DNA of 64,000 bases from the human T2T-CHM13v2.0 reference genome, Homo sapiens, in assembly GCF_009914755.1 (NCBI RefSeq), contig NC_060934.1; one strand, given 5' to 3'. The notes beneath the pieces were generated by a model. That model saw only the letters and a program-made list of their open reading frames with translations, had not been told where the DNA came from and made no database searches. A program made the translations under genes and the position numbers. This document shows positions 26,714-40,449 of the stretch, piece after piece (the stretch's first letter is position 1; each line of letters opens with the position of its first letter).

Positions 26714-28092
26714 AGCATATGTATGTATACTTTGTTGTATTTTGTCCACTTCTTATTAAATTTTATTCTGTAATATTATATATATTTGACATTCCCATTG
26801 TGCACAGGTCCCTGATAGAGACCGTAGGATATTCTCAGAGTCATTCTGCAGATGAGCTAATAATTGAACTGATTAAGTAACTAATGATTATTAATATTAT
26901 TAAGTAGAAGAAATAAAAGAATGTGACATAGAAGGTTGGTTGCTGATAAAATAAACAAGCAAGCAAATAACAATAATAATAACAATAGTAATGGTAATCT
27001 TTTATAATCATTTATTAACTTAGGGTTACAAAGGCTTAAGGACTAATTATATAGAGCAATGAAAAGAATTTCAACTTCTGAAACTAATCTGGAAAATCTA
27101 TAAACATTTTCTTCTCTCCATCTAAACTACGTCTAATATATTGAGATGTAATATTAAAAATGTGTTATTAATAATTGTTTCATCTGTAGTATGAAGATTA
27201 TTCAGCCAGGGCTGCAAACAGCAGACACATGCTGAAAAGTGCCTTTGGAGAATAGAATTTGTCATTGAATATGGATGTCAGGAAAGAATCTGGGCAAAAG
27301 CAATTGGATTGGAAAAGGAAGCATAATCACCAAAATAAGTAAAGTATATTTTACTGGAAAGCCCAATCTACTTGAGATTCAGCTATAAATATCTCATTTA
27401 TAACTCATATGAAAAAGAAATTATGTAGTGGAAGAAAGGGATACTGAAATGTTTATGGCAAAATTTTCAGTATATCTTTATCAAGACATTCATTTTGACT
27501 GACAGCTAATTTTATGTATAAAATTATTTATAATATCAGCTTAAAGTAACTGGAAGTGTAGCACTCTTTCTAAAACTGTTTATCTGGATATTATAGGTTT
27601 TTTTCAACAATATAATTTTAATCTGGTACAAAGACTCCTCAAAAAATTATCCCTCTGATATTTATGTAAGTCAATTAGTCCTTTGATAATGTTATTTATA
27701 TTTACACACACACACACACACACAGGCACACACACACATACACATGCATACGTATTTATTTAGCAAGAGTTTATGCTCAGCACTTAATGAAGGTTTGAAT
27801 ATTGAGACAGAGCACAAAACCTTTATAATTTCAGTTTATCAAGAAAAGGAATTAAAGACTCAAAATTACAGTTTGGAATTGGACCAAAAGCCGGACCTAA
27901 AATTGGAAATAATTGTCTCAACCGAACATTTTGAAAAATTAAAATATACTTCTAAATCTCCAGAATATGCACGTTTCCTTCTTAAGCATCCTGACTATGC
28001 TATGAGGAGATTATCCTTTCACTTCTTTGTTTCAGTTCTGGTGTGTGTGTGTGTGTGTATCTATGTTTCTGTGTCTGTATATTTCATATAAA

Positions 28093-28602
28093 TGACTGAT
28101 ACAGCTTTAAAGTTTTTCTCAGTATGACTAAATTTTAGAAGGGTTTTTTTTCTGCCTCTAGGTCCCTAACCTTGCTTTCTTTAGAGCATCACTTTAGAAT
28201 ATTTGTAATTGCAAATTCTTTCTCTGCCCTTTTGAGATGTAAATCTTTTTAAAAGCCTCCTGCCAGTTTTACAACTCAAGGACCTGGGAGCCATCTCTTT
28301 GAAATGCAATCATCAATGAAGATAGTGTCCCTCTCTTCTAGTCTCTGCGGGAGTGTGGGAGTCTAACTTTGGAGGGTGCATTGCTCTAAGTTGTAAAACT
28401 ACTTCCCATCATTTGGCTGATGCCAATTAGCTAACACAGATAGTCTACGATCTCCCTGACCCCAGCTTTCAAAAACTCTTCTGCTCTTTGTTTCGCCAGA
28501 GTTGAGTTGAGAGCTCAGACTGAGTTCCGTCTGGCCTCTGCCCCTATTGCAGTCACCTTCCTTGCCTGTTTAACTTTGTCAAGTGCAATGTTTACTTTGA
28601 CA
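28093..28602 (+). mobile_element. MER31-like ERV1 LTR
   Basis: aaattctttctctgcccttttgagatgtaaatc and aaggacctgggagccatctctttgaaatg motifs. Ends tttgaca. Confidence 0.7.
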
Positions 28603-28877
28603 TGGGTGTGTGAAAATAATATAGAAGTCAGTGACTTTACCTTGCTCTTCTTAATTTTTTAGGAAATTAGCATCATCAATTTCAAGTCCTGGTGAATTTC
28701 TAATAACCATGAATCCTTCGATAATTTGAGAGTTCAGAGACCTTTTCTAAATCCCAGTCTATCCCAATGAAAGACTTAATAGACATATAACTCTGCCATA
28801 CAGATTATGGGTGTTAATCCTAAGTCAACAACTCCTGAAAAGTTTGTGTGTAATAATATTCTATGAGTAAAAGCAAT

Positions 28878-29190
28878 ACATCTGGCCCCTCGTATCCACA
28901 GGTTTCACATCTGTGGGTTCAACCAACTGTGGATAATAAATATATAAAAAAATACAAAGTAACCATACAAAATAAAAATAATACAAGTGTTAAAATACAG
29001 TGTGACAACTACTTACATAGCATTTACATCACATTGGATATTATCAATAATCTAGAGGTGATTTAAAGTATATGGGAGCATGTGCATAGGTTATATATGC
29101 AAATACTACACCATTATATATCAAGAACTCAAGCATCCACAGATTTTGGTATCCACAGAGGGCCTAGAGCCAATCTCCTGCAAGTGCCAA
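28878..29190. mobile_element. MER2-like TcMar-Tigger MITE
   Basis: ggcccctcgtatccacaggtttc...catagcatttacat...aatctagaggtgatttaaagtat...gattttggtatcc. Confidence 0.8.
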
Positions 29191-29279
29191 ATAAAAATTA
29201 GTTTAAAAAATAATTTTCTGGATTAGTATTTGTATATGTGTTAAATAGAGAAATGTGTAGCACTCACTAGTCATGTATA

Positions 29280-29540
29280 GCATGCAGTATAGCAAAGCAG
29301 GTCATATTGGAAGAGCTAATCTCTTATTGCCTGGGTTCCCATCCCACCATTGTACCCTTTACAAGTTGGATTAATCTGGGCAATACATAGGAAAACTCTC
29401 TTAATGCCTATACATTTGTAAATTTTAAAAAACAAGAATAAATAGCTCTATTGTGGAGATTAGTTGTGCAAATCCATTAAAAAATCTTCTCACACTGTCT
29501 GACACATACTAATGTTTCAGTAAATTATAATACTATTATA
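29280..29540 (+). mobile_element. MIR SINE remnant
   Basis: ttgcctgggttcccatccc...catttgtaaa...tgtctgacacatact. Diverged. Confidence 0.5.
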
Positions 29541-30544
29541 TGAATTCTGGAAATGGCATTGTGGGAAAATAAGAAATACACAATAATCTTAGTATGAAAC
29601 AATTGTTTGATCTTGAGTATTTCAACTTCTCTGGGCTTCTATTTGTTACGATTCCTTCTACTCATTGGTTCAATAATCGATTGAATGTGAAAATATTTAG
29701 AGGAGTTAATTAAGGGAGATGAAAGTAATGGTGGAGCCCTAGAAAACAGATGTCAAAAACTGATTCTGCCTTTCTGGATAGACATATAATTCCACAAATA
29801 TAATTCCTATATAATTTCAAAAGGAAATAGTTTGAGGATAGGATATGTATTCAACAGAAAATTTAAGCAAATATGTATTCATGACAGTAATAATTGTCAT
29901 ATTATCATGTAGTATATATTAGGTTCTCAAGAAACACACATTAAACTTAATAATTCTGCTTAGATAATATACTCAATTGTAGGGGATTTTGAAATAATAA
30001 AAGAGCAAGAATTAGGAAAAGTGCTCCAGGGAAAGATGAAGAATGTTGTTATTTAATCTATTTGATTTCATTCTAAACACTACAGTTCTCACAACAGTAA
30101 TTATGAACTTTCTCCATTGGAGAATACCACCTCCATACAATGTGAATCTCATTTCATCTTTGATAGACAGTTTGGTAGTGTTCTTTTATGAATGTGACTT
30201 AGCAACAATCACCTATTGGAGCATTGTAAATATAGAAAATGCTCTGTCAATGGTTCTTTCAGGAACCAGTACACGGAGATTGCTATCACTAGTTTTGTTC
30301 ACATTATAACAGGGTATCTACTTAGCATAATCAAATGAACCAAAATAGAAAATCCAAGATAAACAAACAAATGAAAAATATTGAGATTAAAAGGAAAAAA
30401 AATCAAACCATAATTATCTTTAGATAATATATGGTCTACGTAATTTTTTCATTAGTAAGTATAATAATGCTATTTAGAAATAAGACCAATATACAAAATT
30501 TAATTAGAATGCTTTAGACTAAAAAGAAATTGTGAAAGATGGGA

Positions 30545-31000
30545 AAAATATTTAAAAATATTTAAAATTAAAAATACTGAAATAAAATATTCCCCTAAAG
30601 AGCTAAATAGCAATTCTCAGCTGAAAGAAGAAAGAATTAGCAAAGTTAATGATTGATCAACTGAGGAAGAAAAAGAAGAAGTGAAGAAATGTAGATAGAG
30701 CCACAAAGTAATGTGAAACACCATCTGCATACCAACAAACACATAACTAGTGTTCCAGAAGAGAGAGAGAATGTGACAGACCATTTGAATAAACAGTGGC
30801 AAATATTTTTATTTTTGATAAAAACCATTAAAGGATCTACACCTAGGCATGCCATAATTAAAATATTAAAAGCTAAAAAGTGTGAGAGAACCTTGAAGGC
30901 AACAAGAGAGACAGGAGTCTTTGTCTACAAGGGAATATCAGTAACATTAAGAGCTGATTTCTTAGAAAAAATCATGGGGCCAGAAGGCAATGAGATAACA
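30545..31000 (+). mobile_element. Old L1M (L1MC/MD-like) ORF1 middle fragment
   Basis: Translates to KNTEIKYSPKELNSNSQLKEERISK and STPRHAIIKILKAK...LRADF, resembling the L1 ORF1p coiled coil and RRM. Confidence 0.7.
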
Positions 31001-34000
31001 GCAATCACAGTACCTGGCTTTAACTTTATATTTTTGAAAGAGGTACTTAAAGGTATAGGAAAGAGTCTAAAATAGCCACCACCACCCCTATTCCATTTTC
31101 TGGCAGTGGCTGTTTGGAACTCAGAGAAAATTTGTGTGTTCGAGGAGGAGCACAGTGGTTGTGGGATTCTGCATTGGAACTCATTATTGCCCTGTCATGT
31201 GGAAAGCAACACCAAATAGAACCCAGTCAGTACCCAAGAAGGGAGCATGTAGACCAGCGCAAGCAAAAGGGAATCATGATCCCAGCAGTCAGAACCTGAG
31301 TTCTGGCAAGCACTACCATTAGCTAAAGTACAATGAGGTCTTAAATAAACTTGAAATGCAGGCTAAGCCAAAATTGCTGCAATTTCTGGGCAACTCCTGG
31401 TGCTGGGCAACTCAGAGCCCATGGACATGGGGGCAAAAGACCCAGTGAGACATCAGCCAGGGTGGCCAAGGGAGAGTTTATGTCACCTCTCCCCTAAATG
31501 CAGGCAGCACAGCATACTTCTATGGGAGATTCCTTCCCGCCACTTGAGGAGAGGAGAGGGAAGAGTAAAGAGGACTTTGTCTTGGAACTTGAATACCAGC
31601 TCAGACACAGTAGGACAGGACACCAGGCAGAGTCCTAAGGCCTTCATTCCAGGCCCTAGCTTACAGATGACATTTCTACACATACCTGTTCTTATTTCTA
31701 GAAATAAGACTACTGGCCAAAAGAGAACCCATGCCTTAAAGGGAAGGACCCAGTCCTGGCAGGATTTATCACCTGCTGATTAGAGAGCCTTTGGACCCTT
31801 AATAATCAGTACTAGGTAGTACTCATCTTGGGCCTTGGGTTAGACTCAGAGATGTGCTGACTTCAGGTATGACCTAGTAAATTTCCAGCAGTGGTGCCTA
31901 CAGGAGAGTCCTTCTGTCTGAAAGAAAGGAGAGGTAAGAGTAAAGGGACTTTTTCTTATAGTTTAGGTACCAGCTTCTTGGCCACAGTTGGGCAGAAAAC
32001 AAAGCAGGTTTTTGGGGCCCCCAATTCCAGGCTGTGAATCTTGAATGGCATTTCTGGACCTGCCCTGGGTGAGAGGAGAGCCCACTGCCCTGAATTGAAG
32101 GGTCTCAGGCCTGACAGTATTCACCATAACCTGACTGAAGAGCCCTTGGACCTTGAATAAACATTGATGAGAGCCAGGCAGTACTCACCGCAGGTTAGGG
32201 CAGTTGTGGCCATGGGGAGAAATTTCTCTGCTAGTGGAAAGGAGAGGCAAGAGTGGGAAGGATTTTGTCTTGTGGCTTGGGTACCATCTCAGCTGCAGTA
32301 GACTTAAAAAAATACTTTGACATACTGAAGAACTCATCAAGGTCTCTTACCACCAGAACTTATCAAATAGAAGAAAGAATTAGTAAGCTTGAAGAAGGCT
32401 ATTTGAAAATACACAGTCAGAGATCCAGAAAATCTTCAAGATCTAGAATATAGCCTTAAAATGGCAAATCTGAGAGTCATTTGCCTTAGAAAGGAAGCAG
32501 AGAAAGAGTGGTAGAAAGTTTATTCAAAGGGATAATAACAGACAGCTTTCTATACTTATAGCAAAATATTATTATTTAAGTACAAGAAGGTTAAAGAACA
32601 CCAAGCAGACTTAAACCAAATAAGACTACTGAAAGACATTTAACAATCAACTCCCACAGATAAAGTGTAAAAAAGTATCCTAAAAGCAGCAAGAGAAAAG
32701 AATCAAATAATATGCAATGAATCTCCATTATAACTGGTAGCACACTTTTCAGTAAAAGTCTCACAGGTCAGGAAAGAGTGGCATGACATATTTAAAATGC
32801 TGAAAGAAAAAAAAAATTACCTTAGAACAGTATATCCAGGGAGAATATCCTTCAAACATGAAGGAGAAATAAAACTTTCCCAGACAAACAAAAGCAGAGA
32901 AATTTATCAAACCCAGACATGTCTACAAGAATGCTAAAGAAAGTTCTTCAATACAAAAGAAAAGAATGCTATTGAGCAACAAGAAAATAAGAAATGATCT
33001 GAAGGTACAAAACTCATGTGTAATAATAAGTACGCAGAAAAAAAGATTATAACAGTAATTGTGATATGTAACTACTCATATCTTGAGTACAAATACTAAA
33101 ACGTGAATAGATTGAAAGTAATTACTACAACAATTTTTCATGATATAGTACAATAAGATATAAATAACATCAAACAAAGTTAAAAAGCAGAGGGACAAAG
33201 TTTGTGTAGAGTTGTTATTAGTTTTCTCATTGCTTGTTAGTTTGTGATGCAGTGTCAAATTATCATTAGATTAAAATTATGGTTTATGAGATATTATTTG
33301 TAAGCCTCATGGTAACCTCAATCAACATACAATAGATACACAAAAATAATAATCAAGAAGTTATAATATATTACAAGTTAAAGTAATCTTCTCTAAAAGG
33401 AAGACAAGAAGGAAGGAAACAAGGAAGAGAAGACCATAATACAACCAGGAAACAAATCACAAAATAGCAGGACTAAGTCCTTACCTATGAATAATAACAC
33501 TGAATGGAAATGGACTAAACTCTCCAATCAAAAGACATATAGTGGCTGAACGGATAAAAAACCCAGATCCAATGATCTCTTGCCTACAAGAAACATACTT
33601 CACTTACAAAGTGAAGTATAGACTCACATAGACTGAAAAAAAAAAATGAAAAGAGGTATTTCATGCAAATGGAAACCAAAGGAGTAGGAGTCACTATACA
33701 TATATAAGACAAAATAAGTTTCCCGAAAAATAAAACTATAAAAATAGTTTTAAAAAGTGTTTTATATAATGACAAAGGGATCAATTCAGCATGAGGGTAT
33801 AACAATTGTACATATATGTGACCCTACACTGGAGCACCAAGATATATAAAGCAAATATTATGAGAGCTACAGAGAGAGATAGCCCCTAATAAAATAATAC
33901 CTGGAGATTTCAACATTCCACTTACAGCATTGAATAGATCATCCAGACAGAAAATCAACAAAGGAACATCAAACTTAATGTGTACTGGAGACCAAATGGA

Positions 34001-37000
34001 CCTAAACGATATTTATAGAACATTTCATCCAATACCTGCAGAATAGACATTCTTCTCCTCAGTGCATGAAACTTTCTCAAAGATAGACTATACCTTAACT
34101 CAAAAATGATTCTCAAAAAATTCAAAGAAATTCAAATAATATCAGACGTCTTCTCTAACCACAATAGAATAAAACTAGAAATCAATATCAACAGGAATTT
34201 TGGAGACTATAGAAACATATGGAATTATAATAATACCCACATGAACAACCTGCGAGTCAATGCAGAAATTTAGAAGTAAATTGAAAAATTTCTTGACACA
34301 AATTATAATGGAAACACAATATACTAAAACTTATAAGATATAGTGAAAGCAGTACTAACAGGAAAGTTTATAGGTATAAGCATCTATATCACAGAAGTAG
34401 AAAAACATGAAATAAACAACCTAATCATTCATCCTAAACAGCTAGAAAAGCAAGAGAAAATGAAACCCAAAATGAGCAGACGAAAAGAAATAATAGAGAA
34501 CAGAAATAAATGAAATTGAAACAAAAAAACAGACAATCGATCAAATGAAAAGTTGGTTTTCGAAAAGATAAATAAAATTGACAAACTAGCCAGACTAAGA
34601 AAAAAAGAGAGAAGGTCCATTGCATAAAATCAGGGATGAAAAAAGAGAGGTAACAACTGATCCCTCAGTAATTCAAAGGAACATTAGAGGCTACTATGAG
34701 AAGCTATATGCCAGTAAATTGGAAAACATAGAAGAAATGCATAAACTCCTAAACAAATACAACCTATCAAGATTGGACCATGAAGAAATGCAAAACCTGA
34801 ACACTCCAATAACAAGTAATGATATAAAAGCCCTAGTAAAAAAGTCCCTCACAAAGAAAAGCCCAGGACTTGAAGGCTTCACTGCTGAATTTTACCAAAC
34901 ATTTAAAGAAGAACTAATACCAATCCTACACAAACTATTCTGAAAAATAAAGAAGATAATACTTCCAGACTCACTCTATGAGGCCAGTATTACCCTGATA
35001 ACAAAATCAGACAAAGAATCATCAAATAAATAAATAGGAAACTACAGGCCAATATCCATGATGAATATTGATGTAAAACTCCTGAACAAAACACTAGCTA
35101 ACTGAATTCAAAAACACACTCAAAAATCCTTCATTAGGACCAAGTGGGATTCATTCCTGGGATGCAAGCGTAGTTCAACTTATGCAAATCAATCAATGGA
35201 TACATATATCAACAGAATGAAGGACAAAAACCATATGATCATTTCTCTTGATGCTGAAAATCATTTGATATAATTCAACATGGCTTCATGATAAAAATCC
35301 TAAAAAAAAAAACTGGCTATAGAAGGAGCATACTTCAATACAATAAAAGCCATATATGACAGACCCACAGGTAGTATCATGTCGAATGGGGAAAAAATGA
35401 AAGCCTTTTCTCTAAGATCTGGAACATGACAAGCATGAGCACTTTCACCAGTGTTATTCAGCATAGTACTGGAAATCCTAGCTAGAACAATCAGACAAGA
35501 GAAGAAATAAAGTGCCTCCCAATTAGAAAAAAGTCAATTTATGCTTTTTTGCAGATTATGTGATCTTATATTTGGAAAAACCTAAAAATTCCACAAAAAA
35601 TCTATTAGAACTGATAAACAAATTCAGTAAAGTTTCAGTGTACAAAATCAACATACAAAAATTAGTACCATTTATATGTCCCTACAGCAAACAATCTGAA
35701 AAGGAAATAAAGAAAGTAATGTCATTAAAAATAGCTACAAGTGAAATTAAATAACTAGGAATCAACCAAAAAAACGTGAAAGATGTCCACAATGAAGAGT
35801 ATAAAATGTTAATGCAGCCGGGCGTGGTGGCTCATGCCTGTAATACCAGCAGTTTGGGAGGCTGAGATGGGCAGGTCACTTGAGGCCAGGAGTTCAAGAC
35901 CAGACTGGTCAACATGGTGAAACCCTGTCTTTATTAAAAAAAAAAAAAAAAAGAGCTGCTTGCAGTGGCACAAGCTTATAATTCCAGCTACTTAAGAACC
36001 TGAGACATAAGAATCATTTACATCCTTGAGACAGAGGTGGCAGTGAGCCGAGACTGTGCCACTGCACTCCAGCCCAGGTAATAAAGAGAGATGACCAAAA
36101 AAAAAAAAAAAAAAAGAAAGAAAGAAAAAGAAAAAAAATTGATGTAAGAAATTGAAGAGGACACATAAAAATGGCAGGATATTCCATTTTCGTGAATTGA
36201 AAGAATCAATATTGTTAAAATGCCCATACTACACAAAACAATATACAGGTTCAATGCAATTCCTATCAAAATACCAATGACATTCTTCACATAAATAGAA
36301 AAAACAATCCTAAAACTTACATGGAACCACAAAAGTTCCCAAATAGCAAAAGCCACCCTAAGCCAAAAGAACCAAACTGGAGAAGTCACATTACCTGACT
36401 TCAAATTATACTACAGAACTATAGTAACCAAACCAGCACTGTACTGGCATTAAAAAGACACATGGACCAGTGGAACAGAATAGAGAACTCAGAAACAAAT
36501 CTAGATGCCTACAGTGAACTCATTTTTGACATTGGTGCCAAGATCCTACATTGCGGAAAGGACAGTCTCTTTAATAAATCGTGCTGAGAAAACTGGGTAT
36601 CCATAAGCAGAATAAAACTAGACTCCTGTCTCTTGCCAAATACAAAAGTTAAATCAAAATGAATTCAAGATTTAAATCTAAGACCTCAAACTATGAAACT
36701 TCTATAATAAAACATTGGAGAAACTCTCTAGGCCATTGAACTGGGCAAAGTTTCTTGAGTAATACCCCACAGTCACAGGTAATCAAAGCAAAAATAGACA
36801 AATGGGTTCATATCAAGTTAAAGAGCTTCTGCACGGGAAAGGAAGCAATCAACAAGTGAAAATACAACCCACAAAATGGAAGAAAATATTTCCCAACTAT
36901 CCATCTGACAAGGGATTAATGAACAGAATATATAAGGAACTGAAAAAAACTCCATAGAAAAAATATAATAATCTAATAATCTAAAATGGGCAAAAGATTT

Positions 37001-37970
37001 GAATAGACATGTCTCAAATAAGACCTATAAATGGAAAATAAGCACATAAAAAGGTGCTCAACATCACTGATCATCAGAGACTGCAACTGAAAATTGCAAT
37101 GAAATATCACTTCACCCCAGTTAAAATGGCTTATAACCAAAAGCCAGGCAATAGCAAATGCTGGTGAGGACGTAAAGGAAAGAAAACTCCCGTACACTGT
37201 TGCGGGGGTGGGGGGTGTAAATTACAACCACTAAGGAGAGCCATTTTGAGGTTCCTCAAAAAGTTAAAAATAGAATTTCCATATGATCCAGCAATCTCAC
37301 TGCTAGATATATACCCAAAAGAAAGAAAAACAGTATATTTAAGAGATATCTGCATTCTCATGTTTATTGCAACACTATTCACAATAGTCCAGATTTGGAG
37401 GTAACCTAAGAGTTCATTCACAGATGAGTGGATAAAGAAAATGTAGTACATCTACACAATAAAGTACTATTCAGCCATAAAAAAAGAATGGGATCCTGTC
37501 ATTTGCAAAAACTTGGATGGAACTGGGGTCATTATATTAAGTGAAATAATCCAGGCACAGAAAGACAAACATTATTAGTTCTCACTCATTTGTGGGAGCC
37601 AAATTTAAAACAATAGAAGTCATAGAGGTAGAAAGTAGAATGATGGTCACCATGGGCTGGGAAGGGCAGTAAGGGGAGGGGTAAGTGGGGATGATCAATG
37701 TATACAAAAATATTAAATAGAAAAAATAAGACCTTGCATATCATAGCACAACCGGGTGACTGCAGTCAATGATAATTTATTGTACATTTAAAACAAATAA
37801 AAAAATTGGATTATTTGTAACAAAAGGTAAGGATAAATGCTAGAGGTGTTGTAATGCCTCATTTACCCTGATGTGATTGTTATACATTGTATGCCTGTAT
37901 CAAAGCATCTCATGTATATTCTAAATGTATACACCTACTATGTACCCCCACAAACTGAAAATTAAAAAAT
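31000..37970 (+). mobile_element. Near-full-length decayed L1 (L1MA2/L1MA3-like)
   Basis: GC-richer repeated 5' UTR (31000-32300), ORF1 remnant (32300-33000), ORF2 remnant from about 33465 (EN start, RT FAD(Y) at ~35548), and an L1MA-type 3' UTR ending in an A-rich tail. Confidence 0.88.
35817..36138 (+). mobile_element. Alu (J/S-like) inserted in L1 ORF2
   Basis: Dimer with an expanded middle A-tract and a long A tail. TSD degenerate. Confidence 0.88.
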
Positions 37971-37971
37971 A

Positions 37972-39230
37972 TTCTGTCTTTCCTAATAGTCGGTATTTAG
38001 TGAGACATTGTTTACATACCTCATTGTTTAGATGTGCTTTCCTTTATTTCTTTGAAGCTATTTAAAAGAGTTGGTTTTAAAACTTTATCTAGTAAGTTCA
38101 GTGTATAGACATCTCAGGAATAGTTTGTATTAACTGATTTTTTTCCTAAATATGGATCATATTTTGTTTTCCTTGTTTCATCAACTTTTTTTTCCCAAAA
38201 ATTGTACATGTTGAATAATATAGTGTTGCCACTCCAGAAATCAGATTTCTCACTGCCCCCAACTTAAGTATTGTTTCTGTTGGCTGTTGCTGCCCCTGCT
38301 CAATTTTGCTTAGTGACTGTCTTAAACAATTTGTGTAAAGCTTATATGGTTTACCATTCATGGCTTTGAAGTCTGTGCTTGTTTGGACTAGTGGTCACGT
38401 AGTGATCATACAGCTATTTTCTCAAATGAAAGGAATCAATATGCCTCTCAGCCTTTTCCTAGGGGTTCTGTGTGGATGTTGGATCACACCATGAAGTTCT
38501 GCAAGACATTTTTAAACTCTGTGTCAGCTTTTATTCTTGCCTGTGGAGAGGTTCAAGGTCACTGAGGTAAGAGCTTAGGGCCTACTCTGGTTATTTCTGG
38601 GCACTCACAGAAATTCTAGTCTTCTAGTATCCCAGAAATATGTTGAAGGTTTTCAAAGCCTCAGATGGACAAGGAACATGTAATTCCCCAGCTTTTCCTT
38701 TTAATTTTCTGGTTAGCTTGTTTGCCTGAACTGTTACTGCCACCTCAGGCAGTTGTTATGTTAAACAATTGCTGCTGATTGTTTTCAACAAATTCTCCTA
38801 GAGAAAATTCTGCTGACAATAATGAGCTCTGAGTCAGTTGGAATAAAGACATGCCCTGTGAATGGGGAGTTTCCAGGTATCTGTCACACAGTGATATAAT
38901 AACATATTTTTGGGAAAGAGTTCCAAAGATGTTTTCCTCCTCCTCTGGATGTTAGCCTACTAGTTTTCACCATGATTGTAGAAGGGCTTTCAAGGCTTCC
39001 ATGAAGTTAGGAAAGGAAATGTAAACAAGACAAGTAAAAATACCACAAAGCTCACTATTCTCACTGAGATTTAGATGTTTTTCTTGAATAAATGCTCCTT
39101 GGGTTTTTGCAAGCCATGGCTCATTTCTAGAGCTCTAAAAAAGTTGATTTTGACCATTTTTCAGCAGGGTTATCATTTCTTTTATGGAAAAAAAGATTTT
39201 TGGAAGTCCTTATTCTGCCATTTACATCAC
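37972..39230 (-). mobile_element. Old L1M (L1MC/MD-like) 5' UTR and ORF1 N-terminus, minus strand
   Basis: The reverse complement of 37975-38100 translates NLLDKVLKPTLLNSFKEIKE...TMSH, matching the L1 ORF1p N-terminal coiled-coil region. Confidence 0.65.
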
Positions 39231-39239
39231 TAAAAAAAT

Positions 39240-39570
39240 ACTACTTTTCCCTATTGTTAACTATAGTTGCCCTACTGTGCTACTGAACACTAGTATCTTA
39301 TTCCTTATATCTAACTGTATTTTTGTATTTATTAACCTTTACTCCCCCTTCCCTATCACATTTCCCTTCATCTGGTAACCATGATTCTACTCTCTATCAT
39401 CATGAATGTAATTTTTTTAGCTTCTACATATAAGTGAGAATATGCAATATTTTTATTTATGTGTCAGGCTTATTTCACCAAACGTAATGTCCTTCAGTTC
39501 CACCCACATTGTTGCAAATGACAGGATTTCATTCTTTTTTATGACTGAGTAATATTTTATTGTGTAGAAA
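39240..39570 (-). mobile_element. L1MA-type 3' end fragment
   Basis: catataagtgagaatatgcaatatt...gttgcaaatgacaggatttcattctttttt. Confidence 0.8.
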
Positions 39571-40449
39571 ACTACTTTTTAAAACAATTTAGTACTATCC
39601 TTAAACTAACTCAGGAATCTATAGCATGAAAACATGTAATCCCACTTTCAATTAGATATTCTTGAGAATATCTAGCATATGTCTACCACAAGGCATCTAC
39701 GAGAATGTTTCTGATAGCATTGTTCAAAGCATAGAAAGTATTTTAATGATATAAGTATATATCAATAATGCAATAGACACATTCATTTTGGTATACTCAA
39801 GCATTGCAGTGCTGTTCAGAAGTTTTTAAAAAGGCAGTTCAGTCATCAAATATATAATTTTCAATGTAAAAAGTCACAGAAAAATATTTATTTCTATATT
39901 ATAAAAACAAAAAGTAAATATTTTAAAATAATGATAAATAAATAGTAAAATTAAGACAGAAGGAGGGGGCATAATACGCATACATTTTATAGTCTTGATT
40001 ATCCTTGTAAGAAAACTAATGAATACAACTGGCAAGTGAAACAAAGTGACTTCAGAACCATTTATTATTTTTAAAGCTGGATAATAAGTTTCTATTTTAT
40101 TCACCTTCATGTATTGTATATGTATTAATGATTTATAACATAAATACATGTTCATATGACTGAAAATGAAAGACTGGAATCATATTACTACTTTTGTAAG
40201 ATGTTGATCCCAAACCATTTATTTATGATTTGACTATGTTTTCCTCAAAAAAAGAAAAAATAAATCCTCAAGTAGTGATCTGTAGTTACCTTCAAGTAGT
40301 TTAGTGGAAAGTTTCAATGGAGCTTTACTGCACTGGTTCCACATACCATTCCCCATTTTCTACACACTTTGCACAGGTTCCCTGTTACCCTAAGCAATCA
40401 GCGGGAGTCAGAGCAGATGAAAGTTGCATTCATAATTTGCATTTATAAT

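Noticed and set aside
33465-37350. L1 ORF2 pieces as an active retrotransposon (also 52157-56000)
   Set aside because: Many stops, frameshifts, deletions and nested Alus. Only short ORF fragments remain.
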